Positions 52,075 through 61,048 of a DNA stretch of 64,000 nt are shown in pieces. The position numbers and the translations under genes are program-made. The stretch's first letter is position 1. Every line of letters begins with the position of its first letter. Below the pieces are notes generated by a model. The model did no database searches. It was not told the origin of the DNA and saw only the letters and a program-made list of their open reading frames with translations. The stretch is from positions 10,094-74,093 of IMG/VR virus record IMGVR_UViG_3300037869_000009; one strand, 5' to 3'. This DNA comes from a virus.

Positions 52075-52723
52075 CGCTGCGTTCCCGTTGCTCCCGTTCG
52101 GCTTCGTCTGCAAGCTCCCGGCTACGACCCTCATAGATCACTTCCACCTTTCCAGCGATGGCCTTGCGCTGCTGCGCGGTGCCGTGCCCGTATTTGCAGA
52201 GCCCCACCATGGTGCAGGCGAACGCATCGCTTTCGTTGTCATCCGCAGCATCAAAGGCCCAGCGCTTCCACACCTCACGCATCATCGTGTTCTTCTCGGA
52301 ATGCCCTTGATCCGTAGCGAATACCTTCAACGTGTTGGGCGGGACATTGAGCATTACGAACCGCATCACGTGGCGCAACTTGAAGAGTTCCAACTTCAAC
52401 GCCCCGTGAGCCATCCCAAGTGAATGGGCCTGGTTCGACGCGAACCCGGCGCCTTCGAACACCCAGACTTCAGGGGCCAACGCACGGCCCCGTAACCACT
52501 CCACGAAGTGCTGTAACCCTGCCACCATCTCTTCCAGGCGCAGCAGCCCGGTGGTCTTCGGCTTCAACACGGTGTGATACAAAACCTGCGGTGCCAAGTC
52601 TTTGGGATCCGAGCTAGTACCGCATACCGCTACAAGTCCGGTGCCTGTGAGCGAGACATCGATCCCAGCCACCACCAGTGCCGTGGTCCGTGGCGCTTCA
52701 AGCGTTTGCGCCTTGACCCTCAC
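51995..52723 (-). CDS. RuvC-like Holliday junction resolvase
   Basis: VAGIDVSLTGTG, VFEG, P.TLK.FAT..G...K, DDNE.DAF. Confidence 0.85.
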   Translation of the reverse strand: MRVKAQTLEAPRTTALVVAGIDVSLTGTGLVAVCGTSSDPKDLAPQVLYHTVLKPKTTGLLRLEEMVAGLQHFVEWLRGRALAPEVWVFEGAGFASNQAHSLGMAHGALKLELFKLRHVMRFVMLNVPPNTLKVFATDQGHSEKNTMMREVWKRWAFDAADDNESDAFACTMVGLCKYGHGTAQQRKAIAGKVEVIYEGRSRELADEAEREQRERSDAKRAAKRAKRDRRRARSVPSESVAG

Positions 52724-54690
52724 GCTGCGGACTCCAGACGTAACACCGATGAATCGTCACCACGTTCAATGATCAAGCGGTGCGGGAGCTGGTCCAGCAA
52801 CGCCTGGTCATGGCTCACCACGAACGCCTGTTCCAGACCCACGGACCCCAGCATGGAGTGGAACACCCGGGCCAGCGCTTCCCGGTTCTCTGAATCCAGG
52901 GGCCCAAAGGGTTCATCGATCGTGGACCACGCCACTGGGGTCCCCCTGACTTCGCGAAGCATCGCAGATGCCGCTAGCCGCAACGCGGACGCCACCAGTA
53001 CCCTGGCACCACCTGACTTGGCCTTGACGTCTTCGATTTCACCGCATCGATCGTCAACCAAGATCTCCAGTTCATCACTGAACTTGGGCCCCCGTGCGGC
53101 ATCGCACTTCGGGCACTTCTTTTCGCGCTGCCCCACATAGGCATAGCCACATTCCAAACACAGCGGGGCCAAGTCTTTGGTGGGGCGCTCCCATGCGAAC
53201 TCAAGCGATAGCCCACTGTCCTGCAGCAGTTCATTCGCGGACGCTTCGAGCTGCGAAATGTGGACACGTGCGATGCGTGCCGGGACCCCCGTGGGCCCCA
53301 GCGCCTTCTGCATCAGCGCCACCACACGGGCTTCACGTTCGGCGGTAGCCACGTCCCCTTCGAGCTGGACCACGCGCTTGCGATGCCCGCCATCAGACGC
53401 AAGCTTCTGTTGCAACGCGGCCCCTTCGCGCTGCGCTGCATCGTATTCGAGTTGCGCCCTATCGCGCTGCGCCATCAGATCCGCTACTTCGTGTAGCAGG
53501 TCACTGATGCCAGACTCCGTGTAGCCCTGCACCACAGCAGCCAACTCTTTGCCGCGCTTGACCGCTGCATTGTAGGTGCCAGCTTGCTGGTCCAACTCCC
53601 GCAACTGCGCATCCACGGGGCGCACAGCCTGGAACCCTTCATCGTAGGCATCCTGTGCGGCCTTCAGTTCGGCTTCTGCTTCGCGGTGCAGTGCCACGAA
53701 CTGGTCCACGTTGGCACCCACCTGGTTGGCCACGGGGCACGCTTCGCACATCACGGGGCACACCCCATCGAACCCAGTGGTGGTCAGCGCCCCTAGTTCT
53801 TTCAACCGTTCCTTCTTCTGTTCCCTACGCAATCTGAGCTGGGCCAACGCTTCACGTGCCACAACCACGGCCTGTGCCACATCGGACCTGGAAGCCAGCA
53901 ACGGCTTCAGCGTTGCTACGGTGCGCCGCAACTCCCGCAGTTCAGCAAACGCCTTGCCCAAGGCATCGGGGTCCGGACGATCTTCGATCTCTTCCGCGAA
54001 TCCCGCGATGATGGCTCGCACTTCAGCGGCCCGATTCTGGTGCTTCGTGAACTCCGCTTCGGCCAGTGCAATCTGATGGACGTCCATCAACATTCCTTTG
54101 ACCGTAGCCAATGCAACACGGGCTTCAGACAGCCGCTGTTGCGCAGCACGGGCCCGTTCTGTGGCCCGCTTCGCTGCTAGGGTCCAGCGCTCCATGCGCA
54201 ACCATGCCGCGATCACTTCGCGCCGTTTCCCGGTGCGCATGCCCACGATGCTTTCGATGTCATCCTGTCGGAAGTCCACCGTGGCCACGTAGTCATCGAA
54301 GCTGACCCCAAGATGCTGGATCAAGAACTGCTGCGCTGCGGTACCCCGCATGGACTCCGCTTCACCCCGCATCACGGTCAGCACCGTGGCTGCACCACGC
54401 TTGCGATGGCGTCGCACAATCAAGTCACCCACCTGAACTTCAACGGTGCAGGCTTCCTGTGTGCTGTTGATAATGTCATCGTCCAGCCGCTTGCGGTGGA
54501 CCCCGAACAGACACCACCCGATGGCTTCGATCAATGCGGTCTTCCCGGCCCAGTTCGAACGCCTGGGGTTGCTGCGGTACCGCGCCACCACAGCGATGGG
54601 GCCCGCGGGAAGGTGCAGGTTGACCTGGTCCCGGAACGGCATCCAGCCCTGAATCATGAGCCGATCAATGCGCGACATCGGGAACCCCAT
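52720..54690 (-). CDS. sbcC: SbcC/Rad50-like ATPase
   Basis: N.AGKT Walker A, coiled coils with CP..C hook, KSGG signature, IDEPFGPLD Walker B/D-loop, VSHD. Confidence 0.9.
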   Translation of the reverse strand: MGFPMSRIDRLMIQGWMPFRDQVNLHLPAGPIAVVARYRSNPRRSNWAGKTALIEAIGWCLFGVHRKRLDDDIINSTQEACTVEVQVGDLIVRRHRKRGAATVLTVMRGEAESMRGTAAQQFLIQHLGVSFDDYVATVDFRQDDIESIVGMRTGKRREVIAAWLRMERWTLAAKRATERARAAQQRLSEARVALATVKGMLMDVHQIALAEAEFTKHQNRAAEVRAIIAGFAEEIEDRPDPDALGKAFAELRELRRTVATLKPLLASRSDVAQAVVVAREALAQLRLRREQKKERLKELGALTTTGFDGVCPVMCEACPVANQVGANVDQFVALHREAEAELKAAQDAYDEGFQAVRPVDAQLRELDQQAGTYNAAVKRGKELAAVVQGYTESGISDLLHEVADLMAQRDRAQLEYDAAQREGAALQQKLASDGGHRKRVVQLEGDVATAEREARVVALMQKALGPTGVPARIARVHISQLEASANELLQDSGLSLEFAWERPTKDLAPLCLECGYAYVGQREKKCPKCDAARGPKFSDELEILVDDRCGEIEDVKAKSGGARVLVASALRLAASAMLREVRGTPVAWSTIDEPFGPLDSENREALARVFHSMLGSVGLEQAFVVSHDQALLDQLPHRLIIERGDDSSVLRLESAA

Positions 54691-54886
54691 CGCGTTGAAG
54701 CGGCGCCATCTCCACCGTCATAGTGGGATGCGTCAACCCGTCCCGACTCCTGAACCCAAAGCGTTGGTTACACTCCGCGCACTTCACTTCCAGATGAACG
54801 ATCCACCCTTCGGGTTGATCATCGGAATCTGTAAACGTGTTGAAAGTGACCATGGCTTCGAACTCGCCAGTATGTGGACAAGACAT
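54665..54886 (-). CDS. Small Zn-ribbon hypothetical protein
   Basis: C.H..F...V...CAEC...F.F. Confidence 0.6.
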   Translation of the reverse strand: MSCPHTGEFEAMVTFNTFTDSDDQPEGWIVHLEVKCAECNQRFGFRSRDGLTHPTMTVEMAPLQRDGVPDVAH

Positions 54887-55446
54887 CAGAACCCCACGTC
54901 ATCCAGGATCTGCAGACACCCCTGAAGCGCTTCACCCACCACGGGATCGCGCTGCGCTTCGTCACCGAACCAGCTGCGAACTTCGTCCCGTTCATCTACG
55001 CGCTGCTGACCCTTTGCCTTGGCTTCAGGGGCAGCGCTGCGGTCCGGGATGATGATGGGGGTTAGCGACACAGCAGCGGCGCCACGGGCCCGCAGGGCCT
55101 TCACCATCTCGGTTCCATCGAAGCCGGCCCGTTCCGAACGCGCCAACCTGGGGGCCAGCTTCACGAACGCGCCCCGGACATCCCGACCATCGTCCAGTTC
55201 CATCTTGATCACGTTGGCCGTGGTGAGCTCCACGAACCGAACCCCCGTGGGTACCGCTACGGGCACCGCTTCGGGGGCCACCGCTGGCTTCGCGGCCCGC
55301 TTCTTCCGTGTCTTCGGAGCACCCTTCTTCCACAAGCCCGCTGGAAACAGCGGTTCCTGATCCATCAAATCCGATTCGATCGGCGAAGCCAGCACTTGCT
55401 CGGTGATCTCGATCTCCATCTTTGGTTTGCGGGTGCGCAATGGCAT
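54886..55446 (-). CDS. Hypothetical protein (SbcD C-terminal-like)
   Basis: DVRGAFVKL region; lies between SbcD and SbcC. Confidence 0.5.
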   Translation of the reverse strand: MPLRTRKPKMEIEITEQVLASPIESDLMDQEPLFPAGLWKKGAPKTRKKRAAKPAVAPEAVPVAVPTGVRFVELTTANVIKMELDDGRDVRGAFVKLAPRLARSERAGFDGTEMVKALRARGAAAVSLTPIIIPDRSAAPEAKAKGQQRVDERDEVRSWFGDEAQRDPVVGEALQGCLQILDDVGF

Positions 55447-55670
55447 TGCAGTCCCTTCTGAACTACGTGGGTCCCCTGAACGACCGGGGACCCCCTCACA
55501 ACTTCAATCAATCCTTGTCGCCACCGGGCTGTGCAGGCTGCGCCGGTTGTTCGCGCGTTTCCGTGGTCCGAGTCGTAGTCTCGGTTTCCTTTTGTTCAGA
55601 CGACTTCGAATCCGGCTGTTCGTTCTGCTTTTGCTGACCCATTTCTTCGATCCTTCTGTTGGTTCAGAAA

Positions 55671-55985
55671 TCATCGCAACCTGACCGTGCAAGCTTTGCC
55701 GCACCCCGTGGAGCCACCACAACACACCACGCCGGCAACGGCGCTGCCATCAACGCCACGTGCCCGGAAACCAGTGTGCTGCCAGTCCTGACGGCCACAG
55801 CCCCACAACTCAAACCCAGTGAACTGGATGGCAGTGAAACCGTGCGCTTCCAGTACGCGCCGGGACTCCGCTTCATCAGTCTTTGGGCCCAAGCAACCGC
55901 CCCCCGATGCCATGATCCCAAGGACCACGATCACACCCACCAAAATCAACACTTCCAGCAACGATGTGGTTCCGCATTGACGCAT
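55671..55985 (-). CDS. Conserved phage membrane protein with prepilin-like N-terminus
   Basis: G-TTSLLEVLILVGVIVVLGIMA, then VLEAHGFT.I..TG....C...D...TGF.A..V.G..C.G...K..T.R; ATG 55985. Confidence 0.7.
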   Translation of the reverse strand: MRQCGTTSLLEVLILVGVIVVLGIMASGGGCLGPKTDEAESRRVLEAHGFTAIQFTGFELWGCGRQDWQHTGFRARGVDGSAVAGVVCCGGSTGCGKACTVRLR

Positions 55986-55989
55986 AGCC

Positions 55990-56742
55990 TTAGATCTCCG
56001 CAATGGTGTAACCCTTGCCTTGCGCCGCATCGTCCGTGCTGAAGCTGGCCGGTGATCCCGGAATCACCACGTTGACGCCACCGACCTGGACAACCTGGGG
56101 TTTGTGGTAGTGCCCATTGACCACTAGGTCTGGCTGTAGCGCTGCGATTCGTTCCAGCGGAAGGTCCAGATCCCTGCCCCGCGACAGCTCCACGGTTTCG
56201 GATCCCAGCTTGGCACCTGGCACCGTCATGTGACCCATCACCACCAGCTTATAGTTGGCCTTTTTTCGCATCGCAGCCGCACTGAAAGCCTGGTCCAGCA
56301 AGTCCACGAACAGGGGTTGCGCTGCTTCGACTTGGGACCGCGCCACGTAGGGCAACGCCAGAAACACAACGCGGTGATCCGGAAACGCCACGGTGCCGGG
56401 CAACTCGAAGATATGTTTGTTGCCGTCGTTCTCGAAGGCCACCCGTGCCGGGGTCAGCGTAGTCAGGGGGCCCGCAACTTCCACAACGTCATGGTTCCCA
56501 GCAATCGCCACCAGTGTCCGAGTCGCCCCCAGCTTACGAAACGCATCGATGATGTCCGCTGCATACTGGGACTGCAGCATGTGCCCGGGATCGCACGCAT
56601 CACCTGCGAACGCGACAACATCCACTTCTTCAACAGCGGCTGCCTGCTGCACCACATCCAAGTAGCGCAACAGTTCGGGGCGCCGTGGCACACCCAGGGT
56701 ATGCGCGTCCAGATGCCAATCCGATGTGAAAAGAACTCGCAT
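55990..56742 (-). CDS. sbcD: SbcD/Mre11-like metallophosphoesterase nuclease
   Basis: SDWH, AGD..D, GNHD, MGH, GHYH, PGS motifs. Confidence 0.92.
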   Translation of the reverse strand: MRVLFTSDWHLDAHTLGVPRRPELLRYLDVVQQAAAVEEVDVVAFAGDACDPGHMLQSQYAADIIDAFRKLGATRTLVAIAGNHDVVEVAGPLTTLTPARVAFENDGNKHIFELPGTVAFPDHRVVFLALPYVARSQVEAAQPLFVDLLDQAFSAAAMRKKANYKLVVMGHMTVPGAKLGSETVELSRGRDLDLPLERIAALQPDLVVNGHYHKPQVVQVGGVNVVIPGSPASFSTDDAAQGKGYTIAEI

Positions 56743-56972
56743 CAGAAGGTCCCGTTGCCACCGTTGGTTTCAAACTCCATCCACGCCACCAAAAAAGCCT
56801 TTTGCAGACGTTGCTTACAAGCCAGCCCAGCTTCGCCCGGCATCATAGCCGTGCACATTGCATCAAGAGCCCGCTTGTATGCATGGGCCAACCGGTTCTT
56901 AGTGATGTCCGTTCCCTTCCAGTCATCGGGAACGTGGAGTTCCGTACGCCAATCAATCTGCGGTTCATCCAT
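56742..56972 (-). CDS. Hypothetical protein
   Basis: 76 aa, coupled. Confidence 0.55.
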   Translation of the reverse strand: MDEPQIDWRTELHVPDDWKGTDITKNRLAHAYKRALDAMCTAMMPGEAGLACKQRLQKAFLVAWMEFETNGGNGTF

Positions 56973-57576
56973 TGGCCACCCGCTTCAATGACTGAAGTGC
57001 ATCCACCAACGCATTACTGAGTTCCACCATCTGATCCGCCGTACCGCCACGATCGGGATGACACCGCAACGCACATGCTTTATAGGCCAACCGGATCTCT
57101 GCTTCGGTGGGCTCGCGACTTGAGATGCCCAGCACATCTCGCCACGTGCATTTACCAGCATCGGCCGGCAACGCGTTGAACCCTAAATAAGCTCGATCAA
57201 CGATATATGTTGCACCGCAACGTTCAATACTGCGGAGCCCTTCCAATGCATATCCCACAGCCCGCAGGTTGGCACGCACGGTATCCCAACGATCGCACGC
57301 GATAACCTGCGGGCTGCGCCTGCGTACCCAATACACCGCCACCCCGGCATCCCCAGGTTCACGGCTATCCGCGTATGGAAACCCGTCCCGCTTTATCGGT
57401 ACGTTGGTAGAAATCACGACGTCACTACGGCTGACCCCCATCAGACGCAACGTCTTCAGAACTTCATCACGCGCCCGCGCAAATGGTACCTGGTACCTGC
57501 CACGTGCCGGATGTGGCGTCCGATCCCATCCCAGTGGCCAGTCCAGCGGGTATGCATTGATTCCTTCAACTGGCAT
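56965..57576 (-). CDS. J-domain (DnaJ-type) protein, C-terminal J domain
   Basis: AYPL.WP.GW.RT N-terminus; WRDVLGI...IR.AY...HPDRGG. Confidence 0.85.
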   Translation of the reverse strand: MPVEGINAYPLDWPLGWDRTPHPARGRYQVPFARARDEVLKTLRLMGVSRSDVVISTNVPIKRDGFPYADSREPGDAGVAVYWVRRRSPQVIACDRWDTVRANLRAVGYALEGLRSIERCGATYIVDRAYLGFNALPADAGKCTWRDVLGISSREPTEAEIRLAYKACALRCHPDRGGTADQMVELSNALVDALQSLKRVANG

Positions 57577-58717
57577 TGCGTCCCGCATCCTTATCCACAG
57601 CGGTGTTGACGTCATCCAGCAACTGATTCAGCACATCAGGATTCTGGGACAGGAACGCCACAGCCCGGTTTTCGCCCTGCCATTTATGCTTGCGCCACGT
57701 GATCCAGGAACCCGCCACGCCCACGACATCCACAGCCCTGCCCACCATCAATGCGTCGCGTGCGGTATCGAAGCCAGGGGGGCTGAACTTTCCGTTAGAC
57801 AGATGGAAGATCGCGTTGGAGTCGCGACCATCCATGTGACCCACCTTGCTTTTATAGATGCGCATTCGGTGACGGAAACCAATGATGTTTTCCGGTTTCT
57901 CTTCGCCGTCATAAAGAGGCTTCATCTTCGTGACTCGGACCAATAAGGATGCATCGAACAGCAGCGCTGCACCGCCCTTCACTTTCCAGTCATCCTGTTT
58001 GGAAAATGGGCTATCCGGTGCTTCGTCACGTTCCTGTGCCACCAGAACCAAGGCACAGTCCGCGGCTGCCAACAGCGGAACCAGATGGTCCAGCCATGCC
58101 TGATTCATGGCTGCGCGTTGGCGTCCCCAATGACCTTTCGCCATCTCTTCACCGCCACCCTGGTCTTTCAAAATGCGCTCAAGTTCCCGTGCTGGAACCA
58201 GCTTGTTGATGCTGTCTACAACGCAGATCGAACGAATATAAGGTTGATCTTTCTTTGTCTCCACCACCCACTTCAGGAACCGATCCACGTTATCCACGGT
58301 TTCTTCGTAGGTTCGCGGACGCACTGACATCAAATTGGGACGCTGTTCGAGATCACCCATCAGCTCCGATGCGAACTCGCGACCAGTTGCGAACTCCGCA
58401 TCCACCAGCGCTGCCATATGTCCCCCGTCTGCGAAGGACCGCAGCCAACCCAGAACTGCCGCCGTCTTCCCGTGGTGCGTGGGACCGTGCACCGTGGTGA
58501 TGCGCCGGATCGGAAGGCCACCGATCCGAACTGCCCGATTGAAGTCAGGAAAAATGGTACGAACTGATTCCACTGAATCCAACGTGTCAGCAGCACGGGC
58601 CCAGCCCTTCGGTAGCGCAAGGGTCTTCCGCACGGGTGGTGGCAGCGTCCCCGCCTCCACTGCATTCGGTGGTGCCTGTTCTTCGGGAGGCACCGTGGCT
58701 GCTTTGCGTCTGGGCAT
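57566..58717 (-). CDS. recA: RecA-like recombinase
   Basis: GG.P..RITTVHGPTHHGKT, VDAE, VVDSI..LVP, Q.R, GG.AL.F.AS. Confidence 0.9.
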   Translation of the reverse strand: MPRRKAATVPPEEQAPPNAVEAGTLPPPVRKTLALPKGWARAADTLDSVESVRTIFPDFNRAVRIGGLPIRRITTVHGPTHHGKTAAVLGWLRSFADGGHMAALVDAEFATGREFASELMGDLEQRPNLMSVRPRTYEETVDNVDRFLKWVVETKKDQPYIRSICVVDSINKLVPARELERILKDQGGGEEMAKGHWGRQRAAMNQAWLDHLVPLLAAADCALVLVAQERDEAPDSPFSKQDDWKVKGGAALLFDASLLVRVTKMKPLYDGEEKPENIIGFRHRMRIYKSKVGHMDGRDSNAIFHLSNGKFSPPGFDTARDALMVGRAVDVVGVAGSWITWRKHKWQGENRAVAFLSQNPDVLNQLLDDVNTAVDKDAGRNAS

Positions 58718-58918
58718 CTAAATCTCTCGTGCCGTCCTAGTAAACACACTCACGAACACCACGTATTCGTCATCAATCAGCTGCACACCGGCCCGAAACT
58801 TCAAGTCATACATGATTCCGTCTTCGAGATTCGGATGTTCGTCACACACCTTGTCCAGGAACTTGTCCAGCTCGATATGGCACGCACTACGATTGACCAT
58901 CACCTCAGACTTAGACAT
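58718..58918 (-). CDS. Hypothetical protein
   Basis: 66 aa, coupled. Confidence 0.55.
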   Translation of the reverse strand: MSKSEVMVNRSACHIELDKFLDKVCDEHPNLEDGIMYDLKFRAGVQLIDDEYVVFVSVFTRTAREI

Positions 58919-58929
58919 ATAGCCCGCTC

Positions 58930-60348
58930 TCAGAATGGGATTTCGTCACCCTGTTCCAGGCCACAGGTGGTGCAAGTTCCAGCTTCCACGGGGCCGCTGC
59001 AGCTGAAACACACGTCATCCGTAACGGATGCCGCTGGCGCGGCTGGTACGGATGCCTGTGGTGCTACGGCCTGCGGTTCAGGCTCCGCATCCACTTCATA
59101 TTTGGCACCGCACTTCGGGCATTCCGTGGCCGTGACTGCCATCGGCGTTTTGCAGTCATCACAAGGAATCATTTCCACTTCGGGCTGTAGCGGTGGTGCC
59201 GGTGGATCCACACGCTTGCGCCGTGTCTGACTCCCAGCTGGCGCAGACGCTGCCTGTGGTGCGCTGGTACCGGGGCGCTGCACTGCCCGCGTTGCAGGGC
59301 CTGCAGCCGGTGCATTTCCGTTTGGCTTCGCTACTACAGGGGCGGTGCCGTTGCTGGGGCGCTGCACTGCCCGCGTTGTTGGAGTTGCAACGGTGGAACG
59401 CTGCGCTTGTCCAGGACTGGCCGCAGGCCGTATCTTCGGGCGCTCCCCAGTGCAAAGCGCCATCCGAACGTTTTGGTCTTCGCTGAAGATCTCATCAAGC
59501 GGGAGTTCAACTTGCGCCGCTGCTTCGAACGCAGCCCTGATTTTCTCCATGTCACCATCTTGCGGAACCGTGTGGCGTACTGGGTCCGGATACTCTTCCG
59601 AAGTAATGAGCGCAAAGATCTCATCGGTGCATTCCAAACCTTCCGCCTTGTAAACTGAGTAAGCATTCATTGGGGAAGCTGCGCGCTTGTCATACTCCCA
59701 CCTAAATGGGTAAGGACGTAGCAATGGGTCACCCGCTTCTTCCCCCAGCATTTTCAGTTGCTGCGCAATAACCTCACCCATCTTACGCCCGAGTAAACCG
59801 GACTCCCTGGTCAACATCACGCCACTACCTATGTCTTCGTGGTCCACCACCACAAAGATGTACTCTTGTTTGGCATCCAGAGAATGCCCAAAGTTCTGGC
59901 GCCCACGCTTTGTCAGCCCGGACAGCTCGCCCCGTGACCAACTTTCCACACTGCTGTCCTTCGGGTTTTTCCACATGAAGATCGAGTCTTCCAATCCGAT
60001 ATGGTCAGCACGCCGCAACCACTCCCGAAGTAATAGAAACGGATCACGATCCGGAAGCACGCGCAAAATGCCGCTGGATTTGTCGCGAAAATGCTGCTGC
60101 CCCGTGATGGTTTCAGGGTCCGGTGACACAAAACGAAGGAACCGCATGAATCGCTTCGGGGGTCCGCCACGATTGTCCTTGTCTTCCTGGACATCAATCA
60201 TGTTGAACTGATGTGCATAGTAGGACAGTGGCGTGACCGCGGTGTGTAACCACACTGTCTTCTCTTTGTCATCCTTCCAGTTCTTCAGCCACTGGCCACC
60301 GCCAAACCGCTCCCGTGTCTTCTGTACGAATGCACCGATCCCTGGCAT
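58930..60348 (-). CDS. Candidate single-stranded-DNA-binding protein with P/A-rich linker and C-terminal Zn ribbons
   Basis: Aromatic-rich N-terminal domain, CxxC pairs, acidic ...GDEIPF tail typical of SSBs; next to RecA. Confidence 0.55.
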   Translation of the reverse strand: MPGIGAFVQKTRERFGGGQWLKNWKDDKEKTVWLHTAVTPLSYYAHQFNMIDVQEDKDNRGGPPKRFMRFLRFVSPDPETITGQQHFRDKSSGILRVLPDRDPFLLLREWLRRADHIGLEDSIFMWKNPKDSSVESWSRGELSGLTKRGRQNFGHSLDAKQEYIFVVVDHEDIGSGVMLTRESGLLGRKMGEVIAQQLKMLGEEAGDPLLRPYPFRWEYDKRAASPMNAYSVYKAEGLECTDEIFALITSEEYPDPVRHTVPQDGDMEKIRAAFEAAAQVELPLDEIFSEDQNVRMALCTGERPKIRPAASPGQAQRSTVATPTTRAVQRPSNGTAPVVAKPNGNAPAAGPATRAVQRPGTSAPQAASAPAGSQTRRKRVDPPAPPLQPEVEMIPCDDCKTPMAVTATECPKCGAKYEVDAEPEPQAVAPQASVPAAPAASVTDDVCFSCSGPVEAGTCTTCGLEQGDEIPF

Positions 60349-60349
60349 G

Positions 60350-61003
60350 TCAGACCTTCCTTCCCACGAAGCCGTCCGCAATACGGTTCAACTGCCTACC
60401 TCGTTCGCTCCATGCATCCTTCAATCCTTCAAGCGCCCTAAAGGTCCCGTGCATTTCGGCCTTACGGTTTTCAATTGACTGCCACTGGTCGCCCCAGTTC
60501 CCGATCACGCGGTCCTGGATTTCCTGCAGCGTAGGTGCCTTGGCTGACCCCCCAGATGCCTTCAATGCAGACTTTTCGGACTCCAGCTGTTCACGTGCCG
60601 TGGACCGCATCACTTCGAGCTCACGATCCATTTCAGCGCTGAACTTCAGGTCCGCGATCTTGGCAACACGTGACAACCGGATGGCGTCATAGTAGTTGCG
60701 GCCCGCATTATCCACAGCCCTGATCACTACCCCGTATTCAGCGGTGGCTTCACCCAACGTGAGTTCATCGGTCAAGCGCTTGTAAGACGACTGAACGTCA
60801 ATGCGTAGGATGTCATTTACAACGTGACCCCACGGTGCCGGAAATACTCCGGACGCTGGTTCATCCGTAGGTTGCTGCGCTACCGCTGGGTGAGGCTTGG
60901 GCCCCGAAGGGGGTTCCCCGGATGCCTGCACCTGTGGTGGCGGTTCTGGGTTGTCGCCCCGGGGCGACAACTGGTCATCGACACGTCTACGCCGTGTTGC
61001 CAT
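60350..61003 (-). CDS. Hypothetical coiled-coil protein
   Basis: 217 aa; N-terminal DQLSPRGDN encoded by palindrome copy 8. Confidence 0.65.
   Translation of the reverse strand: MATRRRRVDDQLSPRGDNPEPPPQVQASGEPPSGPKPHPAVAQQPTDEPASGVFPAPWGHVVNDILRIDVQSSYKRLTDELTLGEATAEYGVVIRAVDNAGRNYYDAIRLSRVAKIADLKFSAEMDRELEVMRSTAREQLESEKSALKASGGSAKAPTLQEIQDRVIGNWGDQWQSIENRKAEMHGTFRALEGLKDAWSERGRQLNRIADGFVGRKV
60950..60971. repeat. Dispersed palindrome copy 8 (GTTGTCGCCCCGGGGCGACAAC)
   Basis: 22-bp perfect palindrome inside the 5' end of a CDS. Confidence 0.95.
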
Positions 61004-61048
61004 AGTTCCTTTCCAGCGATCCCGTGGACCGCTTCTATCTATTGGGAG

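Noticed and set aside
55450-55674. Small ORF between the SbcD-adjacent genes
   Set aside because: Two competing short frames (73 aa basic, 44 aa acidic); neither has decisive support
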